From assembly GCA_902578305.1 (NCBI GenBank), contig CACHCK010000001.1, forward strand, positions 261,746 through 325,745: a DNA stretch of 64,000 nucleotides. The letters run 5' to 3'. Below are positions 42,681-53,033 of the stretch, piece after piece. The notes under the pieces were generated by a model. It made no database searches. It was not told the origin of the DNA and was given only the letters and a program-made list of their open reading frames with translations. This DNA comes from an uncultured Pelagibacteraceae bacterium. GTDB lineage: Bacteria; Pseudomonadota; Alphaproteobacteria; Pelagibacterales; AG-422-B15. The translations under genes were made by a program, and so were the position numbers. The number at the start of each line of letters is the position of its first letter. The first letter of the stretch is position 1.

Positions 42681-43126
42681 TATCCTATGAGCATTAATGG
42701 TTGGCCAAATTCTACCGCTTGCTCATTTTCAACTAAAATTTTAATTACTTTTCCTTGTAGTGAAGACTCTATAGGATTCATTGTTTTCATTGCTTCAACA
42801 ATAAGAATTGTTTGACCTGATTTGACAGAGTCACCAATATTTACAAATTTATTAGCACCTGGCTCTGGTTGAAGGTAAACGGTTCCAACCATTGGAGATT
42901 TAATTGCTCTTGGATCATTTTTGTAATCATCTTCACTTACTTGAATTTCTGGATTATTTTGAATTGAAGTAACTTTATCAACAGTATTTACGCGGGTACC
43001 TTTCGCAACTGTAACTGAAAAATCACCATCTGAATATGAAACTTCTGTTAAATTTAATTCTTCAAGAATTTTTGCTAAATCTTTTATAGGTTTCGGGTCG
43101 ATATTTTTTTTAGACTTATCACTCAT
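42680..43126 (-). CDS. accB: Biotin carboxyl carrier protein
   Basis: SPMVGT, EAMKTMN biotinylation motif, VEFGQPL. Confidence 0.97.
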   Translation of the reverse strand: MSDKSKKNIDPKPIKDLAKILEELNLTEVSYSDGDFSVTVAKGTRVNTVDKVTSIQNNPEIQVSEDDYKNDPRAIKSPMVGTVYLQPEPGANKFVNIGDSVKSGQTILIVEAMKTMNPIESSLQGKVIKILVENEQAVEFGQPLMLIG

Positions 43127-43138
43127 AAGATTACCCTT

Positions 43139-43576
43139 TTATATTAATTTAACCATTCCTTCAACTGCGAGCACATAGCTATTTGGTCCAAATCCGCAAA
43201 TAACACCGTGTACACCTTTACTTATATATGAGTGATGTCTAAAGTCTTCTCTTCTAAATAAATTAGATAAATGAATTTCAATTTTTGGAATTTCAATAGA
43301 CAATAATGCATCTAAAATTGCCACTGAAGTATGAGAAAGCCCTCCACCGTTAATTATTAAACCTGCGCAAGTATCTTTAGATTTTTGTATACAATCAACT
43401 ATCTCTCCCTCTGAATTAGATTGAAAAAAATTCACATCAAAGTTTAACTCATTTTGTTTGATGTGAGCTCTAACATTTTCATGTATTTCTGCAAGTGACA
43501 TTGATCCATATATTTCAGGTTCCCTTTTACCCAACATATTTAAGTTTGGCCCATCAATAAATTGAACTTTCTTCAT
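43139..43576 (-). CDS. aroQ: Type II 3-dehydroquinate dehydratase
   Basis: GPNLNMLGKREPEIYG, QSNSEG, EIHLSN, REDFRHHS. Confidence 0.97.
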   Translation of the reverse strand: MKKVQFIDGPNLNMLGKREPEIYGSMSLAEIHENVRAHIKQNELNFDVNFFQSNSEGEIVDCIQKSKDTCAGLIINGGGLSHTSVAILDALLSIEIPKIEIHLSNLFRREDFRHHSYISKGVHGVICGFGPNSYVLAVEGMVKLI

Positions 43577-43599
43577 AATAAAATCTTAATAAATTAATA

Positions 43600-44931
43600 T
43601 TATCTTTTTGAAACTTCTTTCTTTAAAATTTCAATTAGATCATTAGATCGATACCATTCTGGAGAATTTTCTTCAATAAGTTTTAATGCTTTTGAAGCAA
43701 ATTCGTATGAAAGCTGCCGCTCACCCAATAAAAAGTACCTTTCTGCGGTAGCGTAATTTGCCAGTGGAATAGAATTTACTTGTGCATAAGCCCTCGATAA
43801 TAAAAACCATGCATATGCATTCTTAGGATTTAATTGAATTGATTTTTTTAGATATTTTATTGCTTCTAATGATTGTTTTTCTTTTTCAAAATTTATCAAA
43901 TAATTGGCTATCATCATGTAATATAAATCATTTTTTTTATTAATTTGTTTTATTGCAGTTTTTTGATAATTAACTGCGTTATTGTAATCGTTGTTGGCAA
44001 AGTAAATTTCTCCAATTAGTTCATGATAAAATGGGTTGTGTGGGTTTTTCTCAATTAGTTTTTTCATATTTCTTATTGATTTAGAATGATCACCTTTAAA
44101 ATAGCTTGAAACAGCAGTTGCATACAAGTCTACCTCATTATCAGAACTGTAAACAGCTTCTGTCTCGTAGTGGGGATGTGTAAAACCATGTAATTTTGCT
44201 TTTAATAATTCAAAACGCTCTTGTAATTTGATATCAATTGTATAATCACAGTTTTTTTGATTTTCCAATGACAAGCTAACCCAATCAATTCTATTCTGAG
44301 TTAAGGGGTGGGTAGAGCGATAGTTTTGCTCGCTTGACAAATTGGTTACTTCTAACCTTTCAATTTTTTTTAGGAAACTATTTAAAAATTTCCCGTCAAT
44401 CCCATTATTACATAATATTTTTACAGCAGCTTGATCTGCGGATGCTTCTTGAGTTCTAGAATAAAATGCAAAACCATCATTTACACTAGCTTGTCCAACC
44501 ATAACTCCTGCTAATCCAGTATCTGCAGATCCAGTTAGTATTCCAATTATTCCTAATAAATAAATTGGTAATGCTCTATTTGAGAGATTAGATATTTCAA
44601 TAGATGTATTAAATATGTGCCCTCCAAGGATGTGAGCTAATTCATGGGCAAGAACTGCGGCGTACTCTCTATAATCATCAGATTTAATGATAGTTTCAGT
44701 ATTTATAAATATATTTTTGCCACCAGTTACGAATGCATTTATTTGGTCACTTTTAACGAAATATATATTGAAGTCCATAGTATCTTGATTATTTGACTTT
44801 AATAATAAAGAAACAATTTCTTCAGTATATTGTTCTAACTCTGTATCTCTTATGATTTCTAGTGCAGATACATTAGATAAAAAAAAACATATGAAAATGA
44901 TGATTTTATTGAGAAAGGCAGCACATCTCAT
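43600..44931 (-). CDS. M48 metalloprotease with TPR domain (BepA/YfgC-like)
   Basis: INAF, HELAH, YSRTQEASAD, THP. Start placed at the TAATG overlap with the rne stop. Confidence 0.9.
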   Translation of the reverse strand: MRCAAFLNKIIIFICFFLSNVSALEIIRDTELEQYTEEIVSLLLKSNNQDTMDFNIYFVKSDQINAFVTGGKNIFINTETIIKSDDYREYAAVLAHELAHILGGHIFNTSIEISNLSNRALPIYLLGIIGILTGSADTGLAGVMVGQASVNDGFAFYSRTQEASADQAAVKILCNNGIDGKFLNSFLKKIERLEVTNLSSEQNYRSTHPLTQNRIDWVSLSLENQKNCDYTIDIKLQERFELLKAKLHGFTHPHYETEAVYSSDNEVDLYATAVSSYFKGDHSKSIRNMKKLIEKNPHNPFYHELIGEIYFANNDYNNAVNYQKTAIKQINKKNDLYYMMIANYLINFEKEKQSLEAIKYLKKSIQLNPKNAYAWFLLSRAYAQVNSIPLANYATAERYFLLGERQLSYEFASKALKLIEENSPEWYRSNDLIEILKKEVSKR

Positions 44932-46781
44932 TATTTTTGCCACCATCCTGTTCTTTTATTTTTAATCTCTTTAATATCTGAACCTCTTGGTTTATTTACT
45001 TTTTTAGCCTTTGAAATAATTTTGTTTTCCTTATCTTTTTTTAATCTCTTCTTTTTAGTAACTTTATCAGTTTTTTTTATTAAGCTTTTTTTTGTGGAGT
45101 TTTTAGGAGATTTATTATTTAAATTTTCAAATATTATTTCAGAATTATTAAGAGTATTATCGTCATTAAAATTGATTTTCACTTTTCTTGATTTCTCAAT
45201 ATCATTAATTTCTTTTGCAAAATCACTTGTTATCAAATGTTTTATAAATGAATTAATTTTTAAATTTAATATATCCGTCTTTGTCTTATTTAGCTCCTCG
45301 TTTAATTGATAGATTAGTTTTTGAATGTACGACGCATTGCTTAGCTCCGTTTTCCATTCGATGAAGCTCTGCCTCAGTCTTTGTCTAGACATTTCCAATA
45401 ATCCAAATTGACTTATTCTTGAAACTTGAGTTCTTGCTCTATCCTTTTTTATAAGTTCTTTCATCTTTCTTTCAACTTGCCGATTATTTCGCATTTCGTA
45501 CATATCTATAAAGTCGATCACAATTAGCCCAGAAAGGTCACGAATCTTAATTTGTTTAGCAATTTCCACAGCGGCTTCTAAATTTGTTTTTAATGCAGTT
45601 TTTTCAATATTCCTCTCTTTTGTTGCTCCTCCAGAATTCACATCGATCGCAACTAATGCCTCGGTAGGATTTATTACTAAGTAACCACCAGATTTGAGTT
45701 TTACTTCAGTATCAAACATTTTAATTATTTCTTTGCCAATATTATATTTTGTAAACAACGATTCTTTATTTTTGTATAACTTTACGAATTTTGAGCAACC
45801 AGGTAAAACTTGCGTCATGTATTTTTTAGTTTCTTTATAAGCATCTTTGCCTTCTACTAAGATATCTTTCATTTCTTTTGTGTAAATATCCCTAACTACT
45901 CTTCGAAGTAAATTTCCTTCTTCGTGGATCAAAGCTGGTGCAATAGCCTTTTTTGTTTCATTAACTATTTGTGACCATAGTTTATTTAGAGTTGTATAGT
46001 CTTTTTTTATTTCATTTTTTGTTTTATTAAGGCCAGCAGTTCTGATAATTAGTCCCATTTCAGCCGGAACTTTAAGTCCATCAATGATTTGCTTAAGTTT
46101 TTTTCTATCATCAGAAATAGAAATTTTTCTCGAAATCCCTTTTGTTTTTGTAGAATTTGGCATGAGGACCGAATATTTACCTGCAAGAGAAATATATGAT
46201 GTTAGAGCAGCTCCTTTATTTCCTCTCTCTTCTTTAACTACCTGAACTAGGATTAGTTGACCTGTTTTTATAACCTCTTGAATTTTATATGAACGATAAA
46301 GCCTTCTTCTTAAGCTATAGTTATTTTTTCGCTTAAAAGGTTTTTTTTCTATTTCATTATCTTTGTTTTCTTCATTACTGGTTAAATCTAAATCATCTTT
46401 ATTATTTATTTCAGTAATTTGACTTCCAATGGAGTCAGTGTCGTTCTGAACATCTTTGGTGTCGTCAATGTCCTCTGAATTATGCTCTTCTTCTAATTCA
46501 GCTTCAGCTTGAATAAGAGCCTCTCTATCTGCTACGGGAATTTGAAAATAATTCGGGTGTATCTCGCCAAAGGCTAAGAAGCCATTTTTTTCCGACCCAA
46601 TATCCACGAAAGCTGCTTGTAAAGAAGCCTCGATTCTTGAAACTTTACCTAAATAAATATTTCCCTTTAAATTCTTCCTAGATATAGACTCAAATTCAAA
46701 ATCTTCCAATTCATTATCAGATAATAATGCAAATTGAGTTTGAGTCTCATTCGAACCATCGATGAGTATTTTTTGTGACAT
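44931..46781 (-). CDS. rne: Ribonuclease E/G (Rne/Rng family)
   Basis: GNIYLGKV, AAFVD, S1 domain with acidic insert, KEERGNKGA, IDVNSG, DFIDM, EMSRQR; Lys-rich tail. Confidence 0.95.
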   Translation of the reverse strand: MSQKILIDGSNETQTQFALLSDNELEDFEFESISRKNLKGNIYLGKVSRIEASLQAAFVDIGSEKNGFLAFGEIHPNYFQIPVADREALIQAEAELEEEHNSEDIDDTKDVQNDTDSIGSQITEINNKDDLDLTSNEENKDNEIEKKPFKRKNNYSLRRRLYRSYKIQEVIKTGQLILVQVVKEERGNKGAALTSYISLAGKYSVLMPNSTKTKGISRKISISDDRKKLKQIIDGLKVPAEMGLIIRTAGLNKTKNEIKKDYTTLNKLWSQIVNETKKAIAPALIHEEGNLLRRVVRDIYTKEMKDILVEGKDAYKETKKYMTQVLPGCSKFVKLYKNKESLFTKYNIGKEIIKMFDTEVKLKSGGYLVINPTEALVAIDVNSGGATKERNIEKTALKTNLEAAVEIAKQIKIRDLSGLIVIDFIDMYEMRNNRQVERKMKELIKKDRARTQVSRISQFGLLEMSRQRLRQSFIEWKTELSNASYIQKLIYQLNEELNKTKTDILNLKINSFIKHLITSDFAKEINDIEKSRKVKINFNDDNTLNNSEIIFENLNNKSPKNSTKKSLIKKTDKVTKKKRLKKDKENKIISKAKKVNKPRGSDIKEIKNKRTGWWQK

Positions 46782-46994
46782 TTAAGAAAACCTTTCAAAG
46801 TAATAACCACATTAAGTGGCATAGAATATATGTATGTGAATATGTTTGTTTTAATCATAATAATTATCTAAATATATGATTGTATTGTTATATTTAGAAT
46901 TTACAAAAATCAATGATTTATTATTTTGTTTTTTTAAGCAAAAATTGAGTATTTTAAGTCAAATCAACGCCATATTTTTATTTAATTATTCTAT

Positions 46995-49388
46995 ATGAAC
47001 ATGATTCAAACAATTAAATTATTTGCCTACGTAGGAATCATTCTTTTTTTTATAATATTTGGAATAATTTTATATTTTATTTTTCAATTGCCAGACGACT
47101 CAAGTTTGCAGAATTACAAACCAAATGTAATGAGCAGAATTCATGCGTCAAACGGTGATCTTGTAAAGGAATTTTCAAAAGAATACCGGATCTTTATACC
47201 AATAAAAGATATCCCTGATGATTTAAAGAATGCTTTTATTTCTGCAGAAGATAAAAATTTTTACAAACATTACGGAGTTGACCCAGTTGGAATCATGCGT
47301 GCTTTGGTCAAAAATATTATAAATCTTTTTAATGAAAAAAGGCCGGAGGGCGCATCAACAATTACTCAACAGGTTGCTAAAAATTTTCTTTTATCTGATG
47401 AATTGAGCATAAATCGAAAAATTAAAGAAGGTCTTCTTGCGCTAAAAATTGAACAAACATTACCAAAAGAAAGAATTTTGGAACTCTATTTAAATCAAAT
47501 TTATCTTGGATCTGGAACCTATGGTATTGCTGCAGCATCAAATAGATACTTTAAAAAATCTCTGAGCGAACTTGATATCCATGAAATGGCTTTTCTGGCG
47601 GCACTCCCTAAGGCACCTAGCAGATATAATCCTGAAAGAAATTATAATATGGCATTTGAAAGAAGAAACTGGGTGCTCGAAAGAATGTTTGTGAACGGGT
47701 ATATTGATAAGTATGAATTAAATTCGTTAAAAAAAATCCCTATTAATACCTATTTAAAAGAAAACAACAGAGTCTTTGCAAATGATTATTATATTGAGGA
47801 AATTAGAAAAAAAATAATTTTAATTTTTGGTGAAGATTATTTATACAATGGGGGATTGTCAGTCAGATCATCTCTGAATACTGAAATTCAAATTATTGCC
47901 GATAATGCTTTGAAGAAAGGGCTGCTTCAATATGATAAGAGGCATGGCTTTCGTGGACCAATTGCTAATGATGTAAGCAATAATTGGCACTTAAAATATA
48001 AAAAAAATAATCCTCCTCATAATTTTTTAATTGCAAAAATCATTAAATTTAATGAAAAAAATAATAATGCTCAAGTTGAAGTTATTTTAAAAGATGAAAA
48101 AATTCACGCAGAACTTGTTAACTTTAAATGGGCAAGAACCAGTCTCCCTGGCGGTTATTTAGGACCTAAAATTAACAAGGCAAGTGATATTCTACAATTG
48201 AACGATATTATTTACGTTTCGAGTGATAGTCAGCAAAGGTACAGCTTAGAGCAAATTCCAAAAATTAACGGAGGCATTATTATAATGGACCCTTATACAG
48301 GAAGAGTATTTGCTTTATCGGGTGGATTTGATTTCAATAAATCTAATTTCAACAGAGTCATACAAGCCAAGCGACAACCTGGTTCATCATTTAAACCATT
48401 TGTTTATATGTCTGCTTTAGAAAACGGTTTACAGCCCAATAGTTTGATTTTGGATGCTCCCTTTGTTGTTGATCAGGGTTCAGACTTAGGTAAATGGAAA
48501 CCTGAAAATTATGGTAAGAAATTTTATGGGCCTTCAACTTTAAGGAAAGGAATAGAAAATTCTCGGAATTTAATGACGATAAGAATAGCTCAATATTTGG
48601 GAATGGAAAAGGTTGCAGAAATTGCAAACAGGACAGGGGTAATGGAGAATATGCCTAATGTTCTTTCGATGGCTCTTGGTGCAGGAGAAACTTCCCTTAT
48701 TGATCTTACCGCGGCCTATGCTTCTTTTGTAAATGGAGGAAAGAAAGTAGAACCAAGTATTATTGATAGAATTCAAGACAGAAGAGGTAAGAATATTTTT
48801 TTAGAAAATTTTGCAGCATGTATTAATTGTGACGATCCGTACATTGAGGAAAATCCGATGCCAAAACTCGTCAATTCATCCGAAAGCATATTTGATGAAG
48901 CTAAATCCTATCAAATGGTTTCTATTTTAAAAGGAGCTGTTGATAGGGGTACTGGAAGAAAAACAAAAATTGATGGAATAGAAATAGCAGGTAAAACTGG
49001 GACAACTAATAATAATACAGACGCTTGGTTTATTGGATTTACCTCAGATTTAATTATCGGTGTATATGCAGGGTTTGATAAACCTGAATCGCTTGGCAAA
49101 AGAGAAACAGGATCATCAGTTGCCGTGCCAATTTTTCGTGATTTTGTAAAAAATTATTACCAAGAAAAGCCAATTTTACCTTTCACTATTCCTAATGGAA
49201 TTGAGTTAATTAAAATCAATTATGATACAGGAGAAATAGCAAGCAATTTTAATAGCAGTGAAAGTGTCTATGAAGCATTCAGTAAAAGTGATAACCTTGT
49301 AAGTAGTGGTGAAATTCTTGTTGGTTCTGAGGGCTTCCAAATAATTGAGGTTGCAGATGAAGTTATGGAGGAGTATGTAATTTATTAG
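46995..49388 (+). CDS. mrcA: Penicillin-binding protein 1A
   Basis: TM anchor, AEDKNF, GASTITQQ, RKIKE, YLNQIY; transpeptidase GSSFKP, SRN, GKTGT. Confidence 0.95.
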   Translation: MNMIQTIKLFAYVGIILFFIIFGIILYFIFQLPDDSSLQNYKPNVMSRIHASNGDLVKEFSKEYRIFIPIKDIPDDLKNAFISAEDKNFYKHYGVDPVGIMRALVKNIINLFNEKRPEGASTITQQVAKNFLLSDELSINRKIKEGLLALKIEQTLPKERILELYLNQIYLGSGTYGIAAASNRYFKKSLSELDIHEMAFLAALPKAPSRYNPERNYNMAFERRNWVLERMFVNGYIDKYELNSLKKIPINTYLKENNRVFANDYYIEEIRKKIILIFGEDYLYNGGLSVRSSLNTEIQIIADNALKKGLLQYDKRHGFRGPIANDVSNNWHLKYKKNNPPHNFLIAKIIKFNEKNNNAQVEVILKDEKIHAELVNFKWARTSLPGGYLGPKINKASDILQLNDIIYVSSDSQQRYSLEQIPKINGGIIIMDPYTGRVFALSGGFDFNKSNFNRVIQAKRQPGSSFKPFVYMSALENGLQPNSLILDAPFVVDQGSDLGKWKPENYGKKFYGPSTLRKGIENSRNLMTIRIAQYLGMEKVAEIANRTGVMENMPNVLSMALGAGETSLIDLTAAYASFVNGGKKVEPSIIDRIQDRRGKNIFLENFAACINCDDPYIEENPMPKLVNSSESIFDEAKSYQMVSILKGAVDRGTGRKTKIDGIEIAGKTGTTNNNTDAWFIGFTSDLIIGVYAGFDKPESLGKRETGSSVAVPIFRDFVKNYYQEKPILPFTIPNGIELIKINYDTGEIASNFNSSESVYEAFSKSDNLVSSGEILVGSEGFQIIEVADEVMEEYVIY

Positions 49389-49390
49389 TT

Positions 49391-50477
49391 ATGGAAAATG
49401 ATTTTTTAAATTTATTAGCTAAAGCAAATAAAAAACTTGATTTTGTACGGAGTCATCTTTGACTTAGAAAATTTACAAAAGCAATTATTTAAATTAAAAG
49501 CTCTAAGTGAAGAAGAAAATTTTTGGTCAGACAATGAAAAGGCCAAAAAAGTAATGGTCGAAATAAGTGAATTAGACCAAAACATCAAACTAATTTTTGA
49601 TTTTGAAAAGAAAATAACCGAAGTTAAGGATTATTTTAATCTTGCAACTGAGGAAAGCGATAAATTGATGATCAGCGAGTGTAACAACACGCTAAAAGAA
49701 CTTTTAAGCGACTTAGAGAAGTCTGAGTTTCAAATGCAATTTAACGGTGAAGCTGATTCGAATAGTTGTTATTTGGAAATACATGCTGGAGCCGGAGGAA
49801 CTGAAAGCCAAGATTGGGCGCAAATGTTACAAAGAATGTACATGCGCTGGTCAGAAAGAAAAAAATTTCAATTCAAAATAGTGTATGAGTCATTTGGTGA
49901 AGAGGCAGGTATCAAATCATGTACAGTTTTAATAGAGGGCAAATATGCATTCGGATATTTAAAAAGAGAGTCCGGTATCCATCGATTGGTAAGAATTTCA
50001 CCATTTGACTCAAATTCAAGAAGGCACACTAGTTTTTCATCAGTATGGATATCACCGTATGTTGATGAAACTATTGAAATTAATCTTCAAGAAAAAGATA
50101 TGAGAATAGATACTTTCAGGGCTTCAGGAGCTGGAGGTCAACATGTAAATACGACCGATAGCGCGATAAGAATAACACACATCCCAACAGGTATTGTTGT
50201 TCAATGTCAAAATGAACGATCTCAACATAAAAATAAGGCAACAGCTATCAATCTTCTTAAATCAAAATTATATGAAATGGAAATGCAAAAAATTGAGTCT
50301 GAAAAAAAAGCTTCTGAGGATAAAAAATCTGATATTGGCTGGGGTAATCAAATAAGATCTTATGTTTTGCATCCATATAGGATGGTGAAGGACCTAAGAA
50401 GTGAATATGAAGACAGTGATCCAGATGCAGTCTTAGACGGTGATATTGATAAATTAATTTTCTCAAACATAAAATAA
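49391..50477 (+). CDS. prfB: Peptide chain release factor 2, with programmed +1 frameshift
   Basis: ATG 49391 gives 23 codons then CTT-TGA-C; the +1 frame continues into GAGGTESQDW, ESGIHRLVRISPF, GAGGQ, QIRSY. Confidence 0.97.
49448..49463 (+). other. prfB +1 ribosomal frameshift cassette
   Basis: CGGAGT CAT CTT TGA C: internal SD-like hexamer 3 nt before the slippery CTT-TGA-C, the same geometry as E. coli AGGGGG TAT CTT TGA C. Confidence 0.93.
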
Positions 50478-50480
50478 AGT

Positions 50481-53033
50481 ATGAGTAAGAATATAAAAAT
50501 ATTTATTTATATAACTATATCAATATCAGCATTGATCTTTCTACTTATTTCATTTGTTTCAATCAAAGCGTCATTTGGAGGATTAAACCTTAATATCTTT
50601 GGAGAAAAAATATCAGATGAACTGAAAATAAATTATTCTTTTGATACAGATTTAGAAAATATTGTTCTCAAAAGATCTAGTGAAAAGGGGTTTTATTTAG
50701 AAATAGAAAAAATTCAAATTAGTGACGCAAATGGTTTGGTATTAGAGACAAGTTTAATTAGTTGGGACTTTAATTTATTTAATCTTATTACATTTTCGAT
50801 AGATGAAAAAAATAAAATTTCATCTGAAAAAATAAACATATCTAGTAATGATTTTCAAATATTCATCAATAACTTTAATATGGAATATGATGAGCTTGAT
50901 AGATTAGTTGTTTCTTTCAAAAAAATTGATTTTAAGTCAAAGCATTATGCTCTCAATTTTGAGTTATTCGATAACAACATATTAATTCATACAAATTCTA
51001 TTCTTGAAATTTTTGACTCTAAGAGTTTACTGTCAGCAAATCTCTCAATAAATAAAGAAAATTTTCAAACAAATTTTGAATTTATTCCAGCTAATCAGCA
51101 AATAAATTTTTTAAAATTTAGTGGAGACTATTTTTACATTAATGAAACAAGTTTTATACAATACAACACTAAGTACAAAAATATTAAAACAAAACTTGAT
51201 ATTAATTCAAAAAAAGATTCATTAATAAATATTCTTAATTTAAATAATGAAAGTCAAATATATCCATTTATAAATAGTTTTAAAGGCTGGCAATCTATTT
51301 TGCTTGAGACAAATTTTGATTATGAGGAGAGAAATATAATAAATTCTGCGATCAGAAATTTATATCTTAATATATCTGGGATCTATGAATTAAATACATT
51401 AATGCCCAATGATAAATTTTATCAAAACTTCGGTGATGTAACAAAATACGATTTAGATTTTTATAATGATAAAGAGAAATATGTAATTGATATAAATCAT
51501 TTTAAAAATGATCAATTAATTCTCAAAAAGGGTAGTTTTTTTAAATTAAATTACGACCTAAACAATGCAAATATTAATATGGTAACTAGTATGCATAAAG
51601 ATGCTGCAATAAACTATTTGCAAAATACTATTCTATCACGTGAGACTAGAACTGATCGTGTAAGCAGTTTTCTTCAACAAAATTTAAATGAGAATAACGA
51701 TATAACGCTAAATTTTAATATTGATCCAACTTCAAATAATATAATCGAAACTCTTAAAAATTTATATGTTGCTTCTTCTGGAGAATTAAACACAAACTTT
51801 ATTTTTGATGATAATGAAAATCCTAATTTTATATCAGGCCCTGTAAATTATTACATTGAAATTGAAAATTTAGAAACTCCAAACCCCTTATTTAAGGGAC
51901 TAATAAATTTATCAGATACAACAGCCTTTATAAGACAAATTAATTTAAACAAAAATAATGAGACAAGTTTGAAAATTCAATTTGAAGGCGATACAAATAC
52001 ACTCAATGATAGTTTAATAACATTTGACTCGCTCGATAGTGAAATTGATTTTAATGGTAAAATAAAAATAACTAAAACTAATCATATTTTTTTAGAAGAT
52101 TTTTCAATTAATAATAATTCAAATGTTAAGTTAAATCTCTCAGGAGATTTGTCAGAGCGTATCTTAAATTTAAATATTGGCGGTGATATCATTGATCTGT
52201 CTGCAAATAAAGTTGAAACGAAGAAAAAAGAAAGAGTTTATTATTTAAAGAGGGAAAATTATTCGATAAATACTAATGAAGTAATTTTTGCTGGAGCGGT
52301 AAGAGTAAATGATTTTAAGGCAGGAATTGAGAAACAAGGCTCAACTTTATCTGTAAATAGCCGTGCGTCTTTCATGGGGCACGAACTAAATTATTCAAGG
52401 GAAAAAAACGATAACATTGATGTAAATATTATTGATTCAAGTGATATCACATATTTTGTAAACGATAACCACGCAGCAAAAAAACTGTTAAGTGATGGAG
52501 AATTTAAAATGACATCAATAAGAAACTTAAATACTCAAGAAGCTGATGTAAAAATAAACTTAAATGACTTTGTATTGATAAATACACCAGCTTCTCTCAA
52601 ACTGTTATCTCTCCCTTCAATCTCAGGTTTAGTTAGCATTGCTGAAGGTGAAGAGGGAATTCGCTTTGGGTATGGAGAAATTAATTATATCGAAACAGAT
52701 AATAAATTTAATGAAATTGAAGCTTTTGCTGTTAGCGATAGCTTAGGTCTTATCATGGATGGGAATATTGATAGAAAAGAAAAGATTATTGAAATGAAAG
52801 GAGAAATAAGTCCAATGCACCTTGTAAACGCAATTATTCAAAAATTACCTATTTTGGGACCAATAATTGTAGGAGGCGAAGGAGAAGGAATGTTTTCAAT
52901 TGATTTCTTAATGAAGGGATCTTCTGAAGATCCCGAAGTAGAATCTAATCCGTTAACTATAATTAAGCCTAGAATAATAGAAAGAGCAATAGAAGCAATT
53001 GAAAATGGCCCAACTATCCAATCGTCACTTTAA
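50481..53033 (+). CDS. AsmA-like/YhdP-family envelope protein (highly diverged)
   Basis: N-terminal TM, long beta-rich body, C-terminal SLGL.MDG.ID...G.I.P....N.II..LPILG.II.G..GEG.F; conserved position opposite tyrS. Confidence 0.75.
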   Translation: MSKNIKIFIYITISISALIFLLISFVSIKASFGGLNLNIFGEKISDELKINYSFDTDLENIVLKRSSEKGFYLEIEKIQISDANGLVLETSLISWDFNLFNLITFSIDEKNKISSEKINISSNDFQIFINNFNMEYDELDRLVVSFKKIDFKSKHYALNFELFDNNILIHTNSILEIFDSKSLLSANLSINKENFQTNFEFIPANQQINFLKFSGDYFYINETSFIQYNTKYKNIKTKLDINSKKDSLINILNLNNESQIYPFINSFKGWQSILLETNFDYEERNIINSAIRNLYLNISGIYELNTLMPNDKFYQNFGDVTKYDLDFYNDKEKYVIDINHFKNDQLILKKGSFFKLNYDLNNANINMVTSMHKDAAINYLQNTILSRETRTDRVSSFLQQNLNENNDITLNFNIDPTSNNIIETLKNLYVASSGELNTNFIFDDNENPNFISGPVNYYIEIENLETPNPLFKGLINLSDTTAFIRQINLNKNNETSLKIQFEGDTNTLNDSLITFDSLDSEIDFNGKIKITKTNHIFLEDFSINNNSNVKLNLSGDLSERILNLNIGGDIIDLSANKVETKKKERVYYLKRENYSINTNEVIFAGAVRVNDFKAGIEKQGSTLSVNSRASFMGHELNYSREKNDNIDVNIIDSSDITYFVNDNHAAKKLLSDGEFKMTSIRNLNTQEADVKINLNDFVLINTPASLKLLSLPSISGLVSIAEGEEGIRFGYGEINYIETDNKFNEIEAFAVSDSLGLIMDGNIDRKEKIIEMKGEISPMHLVNAIIQKLPILGPIIVGGEGEGMFSIDFLMKGSSEDPEVESNPLTIIKPRIIERAIEAIENGPTIQSSL

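Noticed and set aside
49437-50477. prfB as a 5'-truncated pseudogene
   Set aside because: Explained by the canonical programmed +1 frameshift.
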